A stretch of 64,000 nucleotides of DNA from contig JAGGVB010000176.1 of assembly GCA_021158245.1 (NCBI GenBank), positions 8,105 to 72,104 of the forward strand, given 5' to 3'. The stretch comes from a bacterium. GTDB taxonomy: Bacteria > Zhuqueibacterota > QNDG01. The position numbers were made by a program, and so were the translations under genes. Numbering within the stretch: position 1 is the stretch's first letter; each line of letters opens with the position of its first letter. Below, piece after piece: positions 29,225 to 38,430 of this stretch. The notes below the pieces were generated by a model. The model saw only the letters and a program-made list of their open reading frames with translations, had not been told where the DNA came from and made no database searches.

Positions 29225-31921
29225 ATGAAGTCTGTTAAACACAATAATATTGATCTGCGGCTGCAGTATATTTTTGGCGGTATTGTATTTTTTATTGCAT
29301 TTATTACTTATGCAGCTTCAGTGGCGCCTACAACATCTTTTTGGGATTGCGGAGAATTTATTGCATGCTCCAGAATTCTTGGTGTGATGCATCCGCCCGG
29401 ATCCCCCCTGTATCTTCTAATCGGCAGGATATTAACTATGCTGCCGTTTGTAAAAGATATTGGCCTCAGGATTAATATGTTTTCAGTATTTATAAGTGCT
29501 TCAACAATGCTGCTTACTTTTCTTATTATTATCAAGCTTATTAAAAGATGGAGAGGAGAGCCACGCAGTTTTGAGGACAGAATTATCATGTTCGGAGGAG
29601 CTGTATTCGGTGCACTTGCCTTAACTTTCAGTGACAGTGTATGGTTTAATTCCGTTGAAGCTGAGGTTTATGCTTTTTCTCTTTTTTTTACTGCTTTGGT
29701 TGTATGGCTTGCTCTTAAGTGGGAAGAGTATTCGTTACAAACTTCGGGCCTTCTTCTCGTATTTTTTATATTCTATCTTTTCAGCCTGGCAGCAGGAGTG
29801 CATCTTTTAAACATACTTACTTTTCCGTTTATGCTTCTTATTGCCTATTTCCATGACAATAAGACGGTAAAAAATCTCCTTCTCCTGCTTACTATTCAGG
29901 CAGCAGTCCCGCTAATCCTTTACGTTTTATTCTTTCAGTATAATCCTGAAACCATGAACTACAGAGAGATGATTGCTCATCAGGCAAAAGCAGGCAGTTT
30001 TATGAAAATATTCGGCCTGATATGGGTAGTTGTGACTCTTGTCTATGTTTATATTAAAGACAGGGATGTATTTAAGCTATGGTGGATTGTACCTGCTTTG
30101 ATTCTTATAGGCTATTCGACATACTCGCTGATCTATATAAGAGCCCATCTGGCCCCTCCGATTAATGAAAATAATCCGTCCACTCTGGAGCAGATGCGAA
30201 GCTATCTCGAGAGAAAGCAGTATGGAGAAGAGGATATGCTCCTCACCTTCTTTTATCGAAAAGCCAGTTTTTGGACGTACCAGATAAATAAAATGTATAC
30301 AAGATATTTTGCATGGCAGTTTATCGGTAAAGGAGTACTGCTTGACAGCCACGATAGAATAATCAAAATTATAAGCCTGCGGGGCCTTTACGGTATTCCG
30401 TTTTTAATCGGATTATGGGGAGCAGTGCACCATTTTTTCCGTGACTGGAAAAGAGCTCTTGCTGTAAGCGTTCTGTTTTTTCTTACAGGCCTGGCAATTA
30501 TTATCTATCTAAATCAGCCTGATCCGCAGCCAAGGGAGAGAGATTACTCATATGTTGGTTCCTTTTTTGCTTTTGCATTGTGGATAGGAATAGGTTTTGC
30601 TGGTATAATGGAGTGGATAGCAGAGTTCTTAAAGGATAAGAAACGACTTAAAAAAATAGTCTATGTTGCGGTTTCAATTGTTCTTTTTATTGCAGTGCCT
30701 CTCAATATGTATGCATTTAATCATAGGGAACATTCAAGAGCCGGCAATTATGTTGCTCATGATTATTCCTATAACATATTGCAGACTTGTGAACCCAATG
30801 CAATTATCTTTACAAACGGAGATAATGACACGTTCCCCTTGTGGTTTTTACAGGAAGTTTACGGTGTCAGAAAGGATGTTCGGGTAGTTAATTTATCTCT
30901 TTTAAATACTCACTGGTATATTAAACAGCTAAGAGATTATGATCCTAAAATACCGATTGGTTTAAAAGACGAAGTTATAAACACTCTTTATGCAATGCCG
31001 TGGAAAGCACAGAAGGTTGAAATACCTGTTCCTTCTGATGTTGTTAAGAAATTAAAGGCTTCCTTAAAACCTGAGCTTGCATCTAAAGTAAAAAGCAATT
31101 TTATTTTTAACTTTAGACCTACCTTTAATACAGGAGGCGGGAAAGGTGTAAGGGTTCAGGATCTTATGATTCTAAGAATTCTTCAGTCTGTTCAATGGAG
31201 GCGTCCTGTTTATTTTGCAATGACAGTTTCCAGGCAGAATAAAATAGGCCTTGACAGATATCTTCGTCTTGACGGCCTGGCTTTCAAAATTCTGCCCTAT
31301 CCTGCGGAAGAGGTTGATCCTGAAATATTGGAAAACAATTTGCTTGATAAATTCGAGTATAAAGGGCTGAATGACCCCAAGGTGTATTACAACACAAATA
31401 TTCAGAATTTGCTTCAGAATTACAGGTCTACTTTTATGGAGCTTGCACGTTACTATATAGAAAATGACAATAAAAAGAAAGCAGCTGAAATTCTGACAAA
31501 GATGGGGGAGATTATTCCTGATACTCATGTGCCTTATTCTGATAAAAGGCAGGCGCTTATTGTTTCAGATATATACAAACGTGCAGGATTGGACCCTGCG
31601 TTTAATGCCCGGAGTGAAAGGATAGTAAAAGGCCACTTACCTTCCATTGCAGAGCAGACCTGGCTTGCAGGCTACTATGCACAGGTTATGCAGAATTGGC
31701 AAAAAGCAGAGGAAATTTATCAGGAGATAATCAATTATAACCCCAACTCTCCAGATGCTTTTGCAGGGCTTTTCCAGGTTTACAAAATGTCCGGGCAGTA
31801 CAATAAAGCTGCCTCACTTCTTGAGGATTGGATTATGAGGCATCCGGGAGACAAAGGTGCACAGCAGGAGCTGGATAATCTTAAGAAACTTGCTGCAAAA
31901 GATTCGACAAATGGCAGATAA
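29225..31921 (+). CDS. DUF2723 (TMEM260-like, predicted GT-C fold glycosyltransferase) polytopic membrane protein with a C-terminal TPR array.
   Basis: N-terminal signature APTTSFWDCGEFIACSRILGVMHPPGSPLYLLIGRI, 10 or more TM helices over ~500 aa, then ~250 aa of TPR-like repeats (YYAQVMQNWQKAEEIYQEIINYNPNSPDAFAGLFQVYKMSGQYNKAASLLE). 898 aa. Confidence 0.8.
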   Translation: MKSVKHNNIDLRLQYIFGGIVFFIAFITYAASVAPTTSFWDCGEFIACSRILGVMHPPGSPLYLLIGRILTMLPFVKDIGLRINMFSVFISASTMLLTFLIIIKLIKRWRGEPRSFEDRIIMFGGAVFGALALTFSDSVWFNSVEAEVYAFSLFFTALVVWLALKWEEYSLQTSGLLLVFFIFYLFSLAAGVHLLNILTFPFMLLIAYFHDNKTVKNLLLLLTIQAAVPLILYVLFFQYNPETMNYREMIAHQAKAGSFMKIFGLIWVVVTLVYVYIKDRDVFKLWWIVPALILIGYSTYSLIYIRAHLAPPINENNPSTLEQMRSYLERKQYGEEDMLLTFFYRKASFWTYQINKMYTRYFAWQFIGKGVLLDSHDRIIKIISLRGLYGIPFLIGLWGAVHHFFRDWKRALAVSVLFFLTGLAIIIYLNQPDPQPRERDYSYVGSFFAFALWIGIGFAGIMEWIAEFLKDKKRLKKIVYVAVSIVLFIAVPLNMYAFNHREHSRAGNYVAHDYSYNILQTCEPNAIIFTNGDNDTFPLWFLQEVYGVRKDVRVVNLSLLNTHWYIKQLRDYDPKIPIGLKDEVINTLYAMPWKAQKVEIPVPSDVVKKLKASLKPELASKVKSNFIFNFRPTFNTGGGKGVRVQDLMILRILQSVQWRRPVYFAMTVSRQNKIGLDRYLRLDGLAFKILPYPAEEVDPEILENNLLDKFEYKGLNDPKVYYNTNIQNLLQNYRSTFMELARYYIENDNKKKAAEILTKMGEIIPDTHVPYSDKRQALIVSDIYKRAGLDPAFNARSERIVKGHLPSIAEQTWLAGYYAQVMQNWQKAEEIYQEIINYNPNSPDAFAGLFQVYKMSGQYNKAASLLEDWIMRHPGDKGAQQELDNLKKLAAKDSTNGR

Positions 31922-31988
31922 GTGTAAGCTGAAAAATATATTTTTAAACAGGAAAGACTTGTGATTTTGATATGGAAGGCTGCACACA

Positions 31989-33029
31989 ATGGGCGAAGGG
32001 AAAAAACCGGAAGTATCTGTTGTTATTCCCCACTGGAAAGGGGAGGATATTCTTCGTCATACACTGGAGTCATTGCGGAACACAGAATACAGCAATTTTA
32101 ATGTTATTGTTGTAAACAATAATTCGCCTGATAAAAGTATCGAAGTAGTTCACAGGGATTTTCCTGAAGTAAGGGTTGTTGATTCGGAAATTAATTTGGG
32201 CTTTGCTGCAGGATGTAATCTTGGCATCAGAGAAGCAAGTACAAAGTATGTTGCTCTTTTAAACAATGACACTGAGGTTACACCCATGTGGCTTGCTTAT
32301 CTTGTAGATGTATTGGAAAAAGATTCTGAGATAGCTGCAGTACAGCCTAAATTGCTCTGGTTTTATAACCGGAATACTTTTGATTACAGCGGTGGAGCAG
32401 GCGGAGAAATTGATATTTTCGGATACCCGTTTACTCTCGGCCGTGTTTTTGAATTTATTGAACAGGACATTGGCCAGTACGATACCCAGAGAGAGATTTT
32501 TTGGGCTTCGGGAGCTGCTGTTGTTATTCGCAGGTCAGTACTGAATTATACAGGCCTGTTAGATGAGGCTTTTTTTGCTCATATGGAGGAGATAGACCTT
32601 CAATGGCGTTTTCATATTGCAGGATTTAAAGTAGTTAACTGCCCCCGGGCAGTTGTATATCACCGTGCAGGCGCTACTCTTGGTAAAGAAAATGTACGGA
32701 AGATGATTTTGAACCACAGAAATAATCTTGTTATGCTGCTGAAAAATTATCAAATGGAAACTATTGTCTGGTTAATGCCTGTAAGAGTGCTGCTGGAGAT
32801 TATAACAGTTGGTTTTGGTGTAATATTACTGGATTTCAAGCGTTCCTTCGCAGCATTTTACGGTTTATTCAGTGTTATAGGTTTTATTCCTCATATATTA
32901 AGAGAGAGAAAAAAGGTAAGTGCAATTCGGTCTGTTTCTGATAAAATGATAAGAAATAAGATGTTCAGGGGAAGTATTGTAAAGGAACATTTTATAAAAG
33001 GGAAGCGTACAACATCTGAATTGTTATAA
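31989..33029 (+). CDS. Family-2 glycosyltransferase with C-terminal TM helices.
   Basis: VSVVIPHWKGEDILRHTLESL...VIVVNNNSPD and a DxD-like NNDTEV, with hydrophobic segments at the C-terminus. 346 aa. Confidence 0.85.
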   Translation: MGEGKKPEVSVVIPHWKGEDILRHTLESLRNTEYSNFNVIVVNNNSPDKSIEVVHRDFPEVRVVDSEINLGFAAGCNLGIREASTKYVALLNNDTEVTPMWLAYLVDVLEKDSEIAAVQPKLLWFYNRNTFDYSGGAGGEIDIFGYPFTLGRVFEFIEQDIGQYDTQREIFWASGAAVVIRRSVLNYTGLLDEAFFAHMEEIDLQWRFHIAGFKVVNCPRAVVYHRAGATLGKENVRKMILNHRNNLVMLLKNYQMETIVWLMPVRVLLEIITVGFGVILLDFKRSFAAFYGLFSVIGFIPHILRERKKVSAIRSVSDKMIRNKMFRGSIVKEHFIKGKRTTSELL

Positions 33030-33044
33030 ATTTATGGTGGATTA

Positions 33045-33998
33045 TTGGTAAATAAAGGTCTAATTCAGCTATCGAAAATTTTATTCAGCGGTTTCCTGAT
33101 AGGTTTCCTGCTCTACAAGATCGGAATTAACAAAATTGCAAATCTGTTAATATCTGCTGATCTGTACTGGCTTTCTGCTGCAATAGTTCTTTTCCTGACA
33201 AGCCATCTAATGGGAAGCGTTCAGTGGCACCTTCTGCTTAAACATGAAGGTGTTGATATTAAATGGCCGAAAGTTCTTTCATTCTATTTTGTAGGGTTGT
33301 TTCTAAACAATTTTTTGTTAAGCAGCCTTGGCGGGGATCTGTTCAGAATGGCTGATGTAAAGCGTTATTCGGAAAATTTTTCAGGCGCTGTAGCTACTGT
33401 ATTTCTGGACAGGTTGGCAGGGTTTTTCCTGCTTTCGACTCTTGCGGTTATTTCCGGCCCGTGGATAATAATTCAGAGAGGATTACATTCAAAACTTACG
33501 TTTTTAATTTTCATGCTCGTCTGCTCCTGGATACTTCTGCTTTTTATTCTTTTTAATAAGAATTTTGCACGGCCTTTTGCAGCAGTTTTTACAAAGATAG
33601 TTCCTGACAGATTTTCGTTAAAGGCTCAGGAGATATATCAAAAAATACACTCTTTTGGCAGAGCAAAAGATGTTGTCGGGAAAATACTTGTAATTTCATG
33701 CATAATTCAGAGCCTTAGAATTCTGACTCACTACATGATTGCAAGATCTTTCGGGATATCTGTATCACCTGTGAATTTCTTTCTTATTGTGCCGGTTATT
33801 GCAATTGCGGCCAGCCTTCCTGTAAGTTTTGGAGGTATTGGAATAAGAGAGCAGGCAGGAGTGATTCTTTTTGGTATGATCGGGGTATCAGCGATAAGAG
33901 CGTTTTCAATTGAATTTATTGCGTATATAGTTGCAGTTATAACAAGTCTCCCAGGGGGAGTAATTTTTGCAGTCCGCCGTGGAGTTGACAAAATATGA
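33045..33998 (+). CDS. UPF0104 / LPG_synthase_TM-like (flippase-like) integral membrane protein.
   Basis: About 8 TM helices, N-terminal FSGFLIGFLLYKIGINKIANLL and a C-terminal GIGIREQAGVILFG-type segment typical of the MprF-flippase-like family. 317 aa. Confidence 0.65.
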   Translation: MVNKGLIQLSKILFSGFLIGFLLYKIGINKIANLLISADLYWLSAAIVLFLTSHLMGSVQWHLLLKHEGVDIKWPKVLSFYFVGLFLNNFLLSSLGGDLFRMADVKRYSENFSGAVATVFLDRLAGFFLLSTLAVISGPWIIIQRGLHSKLTFLIFMLVCSWILLLFILFNKNFARPFAAVFTKIVPDRFSLKAQEIYQKIHSFGRAKDVVGKILVISCIIQSLRILTHYMIARSFGISVSPVNFFLIVPVIAIAASLPVSFGGIGIREQAGVILFGMIGVSAIRAFSIEFIAYIVAVITSLPGGVIFAVRRGVDKI

Positions 33999-34030
33999 AT
34001 GTTCATGGTAAAAAGCAAGGGAGGATAATA

Positions 34031-35059
34031 ATGAGAAGGTTAAGTATTTATATTTTTGTTTTGACAGGATTGACTTTTTTATCAACATCCTGTTCTATGA
34101 AAAAACAATCATGGTGGCAGGAGCCTGTTATAGGTGTTATGGCAGATACAACAGATTGGGAACCGCTGCAGGGCGATTTGAGAATGACTTTTGAAAGAGT
34201 AACCCGTACCCCTCAGATGGAAAAAGCATTTGAAATCAGATATGTTACGAAGAAAGAATTTATGAGATATACAAAAGCTCGATACCTCGTGCTTGCTGCA
34301 ACGCTTGAATCTACAGGGCGGGTAGGTAAAATTGTAAACAGAGTATGCTCTGACCCTGCTGTTCGCAAGAAAGTGGAGAGCGGTAATAATTACATGTTTA
34401 TTGAGAGAGACCAGTGGAGCAGGGACCAATTGATGGTTATACTTGTAAGTAAAGATATCCCGACCCTTAAACAGAAAATTGCTGCAAATCAATCGTTTCT
34501 TTATGATATCTTTGCTTCTAACCTGAAGGAACATTTGTTACAAATAATGTACAAGCACAGGGAGCAGAAAGATCTGGAGCAACGTATGATTGTGAATGAC
34601 GGTTTTAAAATCAGAGTTCAGCATGATTATTTTTTAGCTCAGGAACTGACGAAGGATGGGTTCATCTGGTTCAGAAGAATGTATCCTGAACGCTGGATAT
34701 TCGTACGCTGGATTGACGGCGGTGATACTACAATGCTTGACCCACTTTGGGTAGTAAAAGAGAGAAACAGGATAGGCTCAAAGTATTATGGAGGCGACAG
34801 TGTAGCAGATAAATACCTTTTTTCGATGCGGTCTCAATTTCTTGGCAGGCCTGCTCAGATAACTACAGGGCTGTGGGAGAACGACAGCAAGGTTGCAGGA
34901 GGGCCGTTTAAAAATTACACATTTTACGATGCGCTTTCCAAAAGAATCTATATGATTGATATTGCGGTATTTGCGCCTGGTGAAGATAAAATGCCCTATT
35001 TACGAAGGCTTGATATTATTGCTCATACATTTAAGACAATATTTGAGATGGAGGACTAG
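34031..35059 (+). CDS. Hypothetical lipoprotein.
   Basis: Signal peptide plus Cys (MRRLSIYIFVLTGLTFLSTSC). Start placed at the ATG at 34031 behind GGGAGG. The ORF track begins 12 codons earlier. Confidence 0.55.
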   Translation: MRRLSIYIFVLTGLTFLSTSCSMKKQSWWQEPVIGVMADTTDWEPLQGDLRMTFERVTRTPQMEKAFEIRYVTKKEFMRYTKARYLVLAATLESTGRVGKIVNRVCSDPAVRKKVESGNNYMFIERDQWSRDQLMVILVSKDIPTLKQKIAANQSFLYDIFASNLKEHLLQIMYKHREQKDLEQRMIVNDGFKIRVQHDYFLAQELTKDGFIWFRRMYPERWIFVRWIDGGDTTMLDPLWVVKERNRIGSKYYGGDSVADKYLFSMRSQFLGRPAQITTGLWENDSKVAGGPFKNYTFYDALSKRIYMIDIAVFAPGEDKMPYLRRLDIIAHTFKTIFEMED

Positions 35060-35062
35060 GTT

Positions 35063-35530
35063 ATGGCTCAATTGCCTCTTGCAGGAGTAATAATGGGAAG
35101 CACTTCCGATGAAAAGGTTATGGGAAAATGTATTGATTATCTTAAATATTTTAATATTCCGTATACAATTGATGTGCTTTCGGCTCACCGAAATGCCGAA
35201 GAGGTTGATAAATATGCGTCAACCGCTGAGGAACGCGGCCTGAAAGTTATTATTGCCGGAGCAGGTATGGCAGCAGCTTTACCTGGAGTTATTGCTGCAA
35301 GAACAATCATTCCGGTTATAGGAATCCCCCTTGAAGGATCGCCTCTCGGAGGGCAGGATGCGTTATATTCAATTGTTCAAATGCCTCCAGGAATTCCTGT
35401 TGCTACTGTAGCAATTGGTTCTGCAGGAGCGAAGAATGCAGCAATTCTTGCTGCTGAAATTATTGCTCTTTCAGATAAAGAGGTTAATAAGAAACTTAAA
35501 GAGTTTAGAAAAAAAGGTTCAAAAATTTAA
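35063..35530 (+). CDS. purE: N5-carboxyaminoimidazole ribonucleotide mutase.
   Basis: PurE core VGVIMGSTSD...VIIAGAGMAAALPGVIAARTIIPVIGIP. 155 aa. Confidence 0.9.
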   Translation: MAQLPLAGVIMGSTSDEKVMGKCIDYLKYFNIPYTIDVLSAHRNAEEVDKYASTAEERGLKVIIAGAGMAAALPGVIAARTIIPVIGIPLEGSPLGGQDALYSIVQMPPGIPVATVAIGSAGAKNAAILAAEIIALSDKEVNKKLKEFRKKGSKI

Positions 35531-35569
35531 ATTTTATTTTTAGTATGATATTATTAAACAGGATATGCA

Positions 35570-36292
35570 ATGGGATTAATGAAAATTCTTGTTATAATAC
35601 CGACGTACAATGAGAACGATAACATACGTCTTATAATTCCTCAAATACTCGGCACATATCCTTCAATTGATGTGCTTGTTGTTGACGATAATTCTCCGGA
35701 CGGTACAGGTAACACTGTTGAGGAACTATGTGCTTCAGATCCCCGTGTACATTTGATTTCACGTGAAAAAAAGATGGGCCTCGGTACGGCATATGTTGAG
35801 GGCTTTAGATATGCATTGGATCATGATTATGATTTAATATTTGAGATGGATGCGGATTTTTCCCACGACCCAAATGAGATACCACGATTTATCGAAGCGT
35901 CAAAAGAGTATGATCTTGTTGTGGGGTCAAGATATGTCAGCGGAGTTAATGTTATAAATTGGCCTATGTCACGCCTTCTTCTTTCGTGGCTTGCAAATGT
36001 TTATACAAGAGTAGTGACCGGACTGCCTTTAAAGGATGCTACAAGCGGTTTTAAATGTTTTCGCAGAAAAGTCATAGAAGATATTGATCTAGGCAATATG
36101 CAGTCTGACGGATATGGATTTCAGATAGAGATTCATTACAGAGTTTGGAAAAAAGGATTCAAGATAAAAGAGATTCCGATTGTATTTGTTGATCGCCGTG
36201 TGGGGATATCCAAAATGAATACAGGTATTATTAATGAAGCTGCATTACTTGTATGGAAATTAAGAATAATGGGAATTTTCAAAAGAATTTAA
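35570..36292 (+). CDS. Soluble GT2 polyprenol-phosphate hexose synthase (DPM1/Ppm1-like; dolichol-phosphate mannosyltransferase family).
   Basis: ILVIIPTYNENDNI...LVVDDNSPDGT and the DPM1-type motif EMDADFSHDP. 240 aa with no C-terminal TM helices, unlike GtrB/ArnC. Confidence 0.85.
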   Translation: MGLMKILVIIPTYNENDNIRLIIPQILGTYPSIDVLVVDDNSPDGTGNTVEELCASDPRVHLISREKKMGLGTAYVEGFRYALDHDYDLIFEMDADFSHDPNEIPRFIEASKEYDLVVGSRYVSGVNVINWPMSRLLLSWLANVYTRVVTGLPLKDATSGFKCFRRKVIEDIDLGNMQSDGYGFQIEIHYRVWKKGFKIKEIPIVFVDRRVGISKMNTGIINEAALLVWKLRIMGIFKRI

Positions 36293-36314
36293 TGAAATCA
36301 ATCAGCAGCTCAAA

Positions 36315-38396
36315 ATGAAAAAACTTTCAGTTATAATTGTTAATTATAATGTAAAGCCCTTTTTGCAGCAAGCTCTTGCTTCTGTATCCAGGGCTTTAAA
36401 AGGTATGGATTCCGAGATTATTGTTGTTGATAACGGGTCAGGCGATGGAAGTGTGCAGCTTGTACAGAGAGAATTTCCTGATGTAAATATCATACGGAAT
36501 CAGGAGAATGCGGGATTTGCAAAGGCAAATAATCAGGCAATAAAAATTGCAGACGGTGAAGTTATAGCACTCGTTAATCCTGATACGCTCATAAGAGAAG
36601 ATACATTTAATGTATGCCTTGATTATTTGGAATCCCATAACGATGTCGGCGCTGTTGGGTGTAAAATTCTCAATCCTGATGGCACTTTACAATTAGCATG
36701 CAGACGAAGTTTTCCTTCTCCATGGGTAGCTTTTACAAAAATTGTCGGCCTGAACGCAATTTTTCCTAAAAGTAAAATTTTCGGAAGATACAATCTTACG
36801 TATCTGGATCCTGAAATAATAACAGAAGTGGAAGCAATATCAGGATCATTTATGGCAGTCAAAAGAGAAGTTATTGATCAGACAGGCATGCTTGATGAAC
36901 GTTTTTTTATGTACGGGGAAGACCTTGACTGGTGCTACAGAATTCATAAGAACGGGTGGAAGATAGTTTACCTGCCGGGCACGGAAATTATTCATTACAA
37001 GGGACAGTCTGCAAAAGAGGCCCCATTTGACAGTCTCAGGGTTTTTTACAATGCAATGCTTCTATTTGTAAAGAAACATATGGGTGGAGGCCTGTCTCTT
37101 ATTCCCCAGTGGATACTAATTCTCGGAATCTGGATAAGAGGTTCGATATCAATAGCAGCGCAATGGGGAAAGAGGCTTTTTGTACCGATCATTGATGCTC
37201 TTCTGCTTTCCGCAGGAATGATAATTTCGATTTTTATAAGATTTTCTGCTGCAGGAAGAGCTGGTTTCTACGTTTCCGCTTATAGTTTGGTAATTCCGGT
37301 TTATTCTGCTGTATGGCTGATATCTCTTGCAATAACAGGCCTTTACAGAAAAAAGAATTATAATATCTCAAGAACATTTACAGGAGTAATAACAGGGCTG
37401 ATTGCTAATACATCGCTGACTTTCTTTTTTCCACAGTATGCTTACTCCAGACAGGTTATTCTTGTATCCGGGGCCATAAATCTTGTACTTCTATCAGGCT
37501 GGCGCATTCTGATACAGTTTTTGCCAAGAATAGAAAAGATTCCATTTCTCAGAAATATTGGGATAACTCTTGCCAAGCGAAGGCTTATTGTTGTTGGTAC
37601 GGGAGCTGTAACAACAGACATAATCACACGGCTTAATAAAAGGATTGAAAAGAGCGGAGAGATTGCAGGGAGGCTTGCAGTAAAAGAAGATGATTTTAAT
37701 AATGCGGCTGATTGCGAGATACCGATTCTTGGGACCATAAAGGAGATAGTCCGGCTTGTTAAGGTTCATAAAATTGATGAATTAATTATTCCTCCCGGAA
37801 CTCTGTCGTACAAACAGATGCTTTCGATTGTCGGCCGTACTCGTGATACAGGCCTTGATATTAAAATTATACCAAAGGACCTTGATGTGTTAATCGGCAG
37901 ATCAGTTGTTGAATCCATTGATGAGATTCCGTTTGTTGATCTGGAATACAGAGTATTTTTGTGGCATAACCGGGTATTAAAAAGAGCGCTTGATTTAAGT
38001 ATTGCATTAATTTTTTCCCCCATTTCCTTGCTTCTTTGGTTCATAGTCCTTATTTTACCGGATTACAAGTTAGTGAAAGTGATATTCCCCTGTCCGGGCG
38101 GGAACATTTTGATCAGAGAGCTTTTTTTGCATGACAAAAAGGTTTACGGTATTTTTCGTACAATTTTCAGCATGGTATATGTTCTGAAGGGTAAAATGAG
38201 TATTGTAGGCCTTGATAATGAATCCGATGTATTGAAAGAAACAGTATGGTGCAGGCCGGGAATAACAAGCCTTTTTAAGGTTTCGGGAGAAGAACAGGAC
38301 ACGCAGGAAGAAAGACTGAGATACTATTTTTATTATATTCGGAATTATTCGGTTTTATTGGATATAGAAATAATGCTGAAATCAATTTTCTCCTGA
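36315..38396 (+). CDS. Fusion protein: N-terminal GT2 + polytopic TM region + CoA_binding_3-like Rossmann + C-terminal bacterial-sugar-transferase (phosphoglycosyl transferase, PglC/WbaP-like) domain that appears catalytically degenerate.
   Basis: GT2: LSVIIVNYNVKPFLQQAL...VVDNGSGDGS...YGEDLDW. CoA-binding-like: RRLIVVGTGAVTTDI. PGT-like: KRALDLSIALIFSPISLLLWFIVLIL...YVLKGKMSIVG...PGITSLFKVSG...YYIRNYSVLLDIEIMLKSI. In the PGT-like part the expected DE dyad and PRP motif are absent (FS.. and LDN in their place). Confidence 0.75.
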   Translation: MKKLSVIIVNYNVKPFLQQALASVSRALKGMDSEIIVVDNGSGDGSVQLVQREFPDVNIIRNQENAGFAKANNQAIKIADGEVIALVNPDTLIREDTFNVCLDYLESHNDVGAVGCKILNPDGTLQLACRRSFPSPWVAFTKIVGLNAIFPKSKIFGRYNLTYLDPEIITEVEAISGSFMAVKREVIDQTGMLDERFFMYGEDLDWCYRIHKNGWKIVYLPGTEIIHYKGQSAKEAPFDSLRVFYNAMLLFVKKHMGGGLSLIPQWILILGIWIRGSISIAAQWGKRLFVPIIDALLLSAGMIISIFIRFSAAGRAGFYVSAYSLVIPVYSAVWLISLAITGLYRKKNYNISRTFTGVITGLIANTSLTFFFPQYAYSRQVILVSGAINLVLLSGWRILIQFLPRIEKIPFLRNIGITLAKRRLIVVGTGAVTTDIITRLNKRIEKSGEIAGRLAVKEDDFNNAADCEIPILGTIKEIVRLVKVHKIDELIIPPGTLSYKQMLSIVGRTRDTGLDIKIIPKDLDVLIGRSVVESIDEIPFVDLEYRVFLWHNRVLKRALDLSIALIFSPISLLLWFIVLILPDYKLVKVIFPCPGGNILIRELFLHDKKVYGIFRTIFSMVYVLKGKMSIVGLDNESDVLKETVWCRPGITSLFKVSGEEQDTQEERLRYYFYYIRNYSVLLDIEIMLKSIFS

Positions 38397-38430
38397 TTGA
38401 TATATTGTGGTGCGAAGGGAGTAGTTTATT

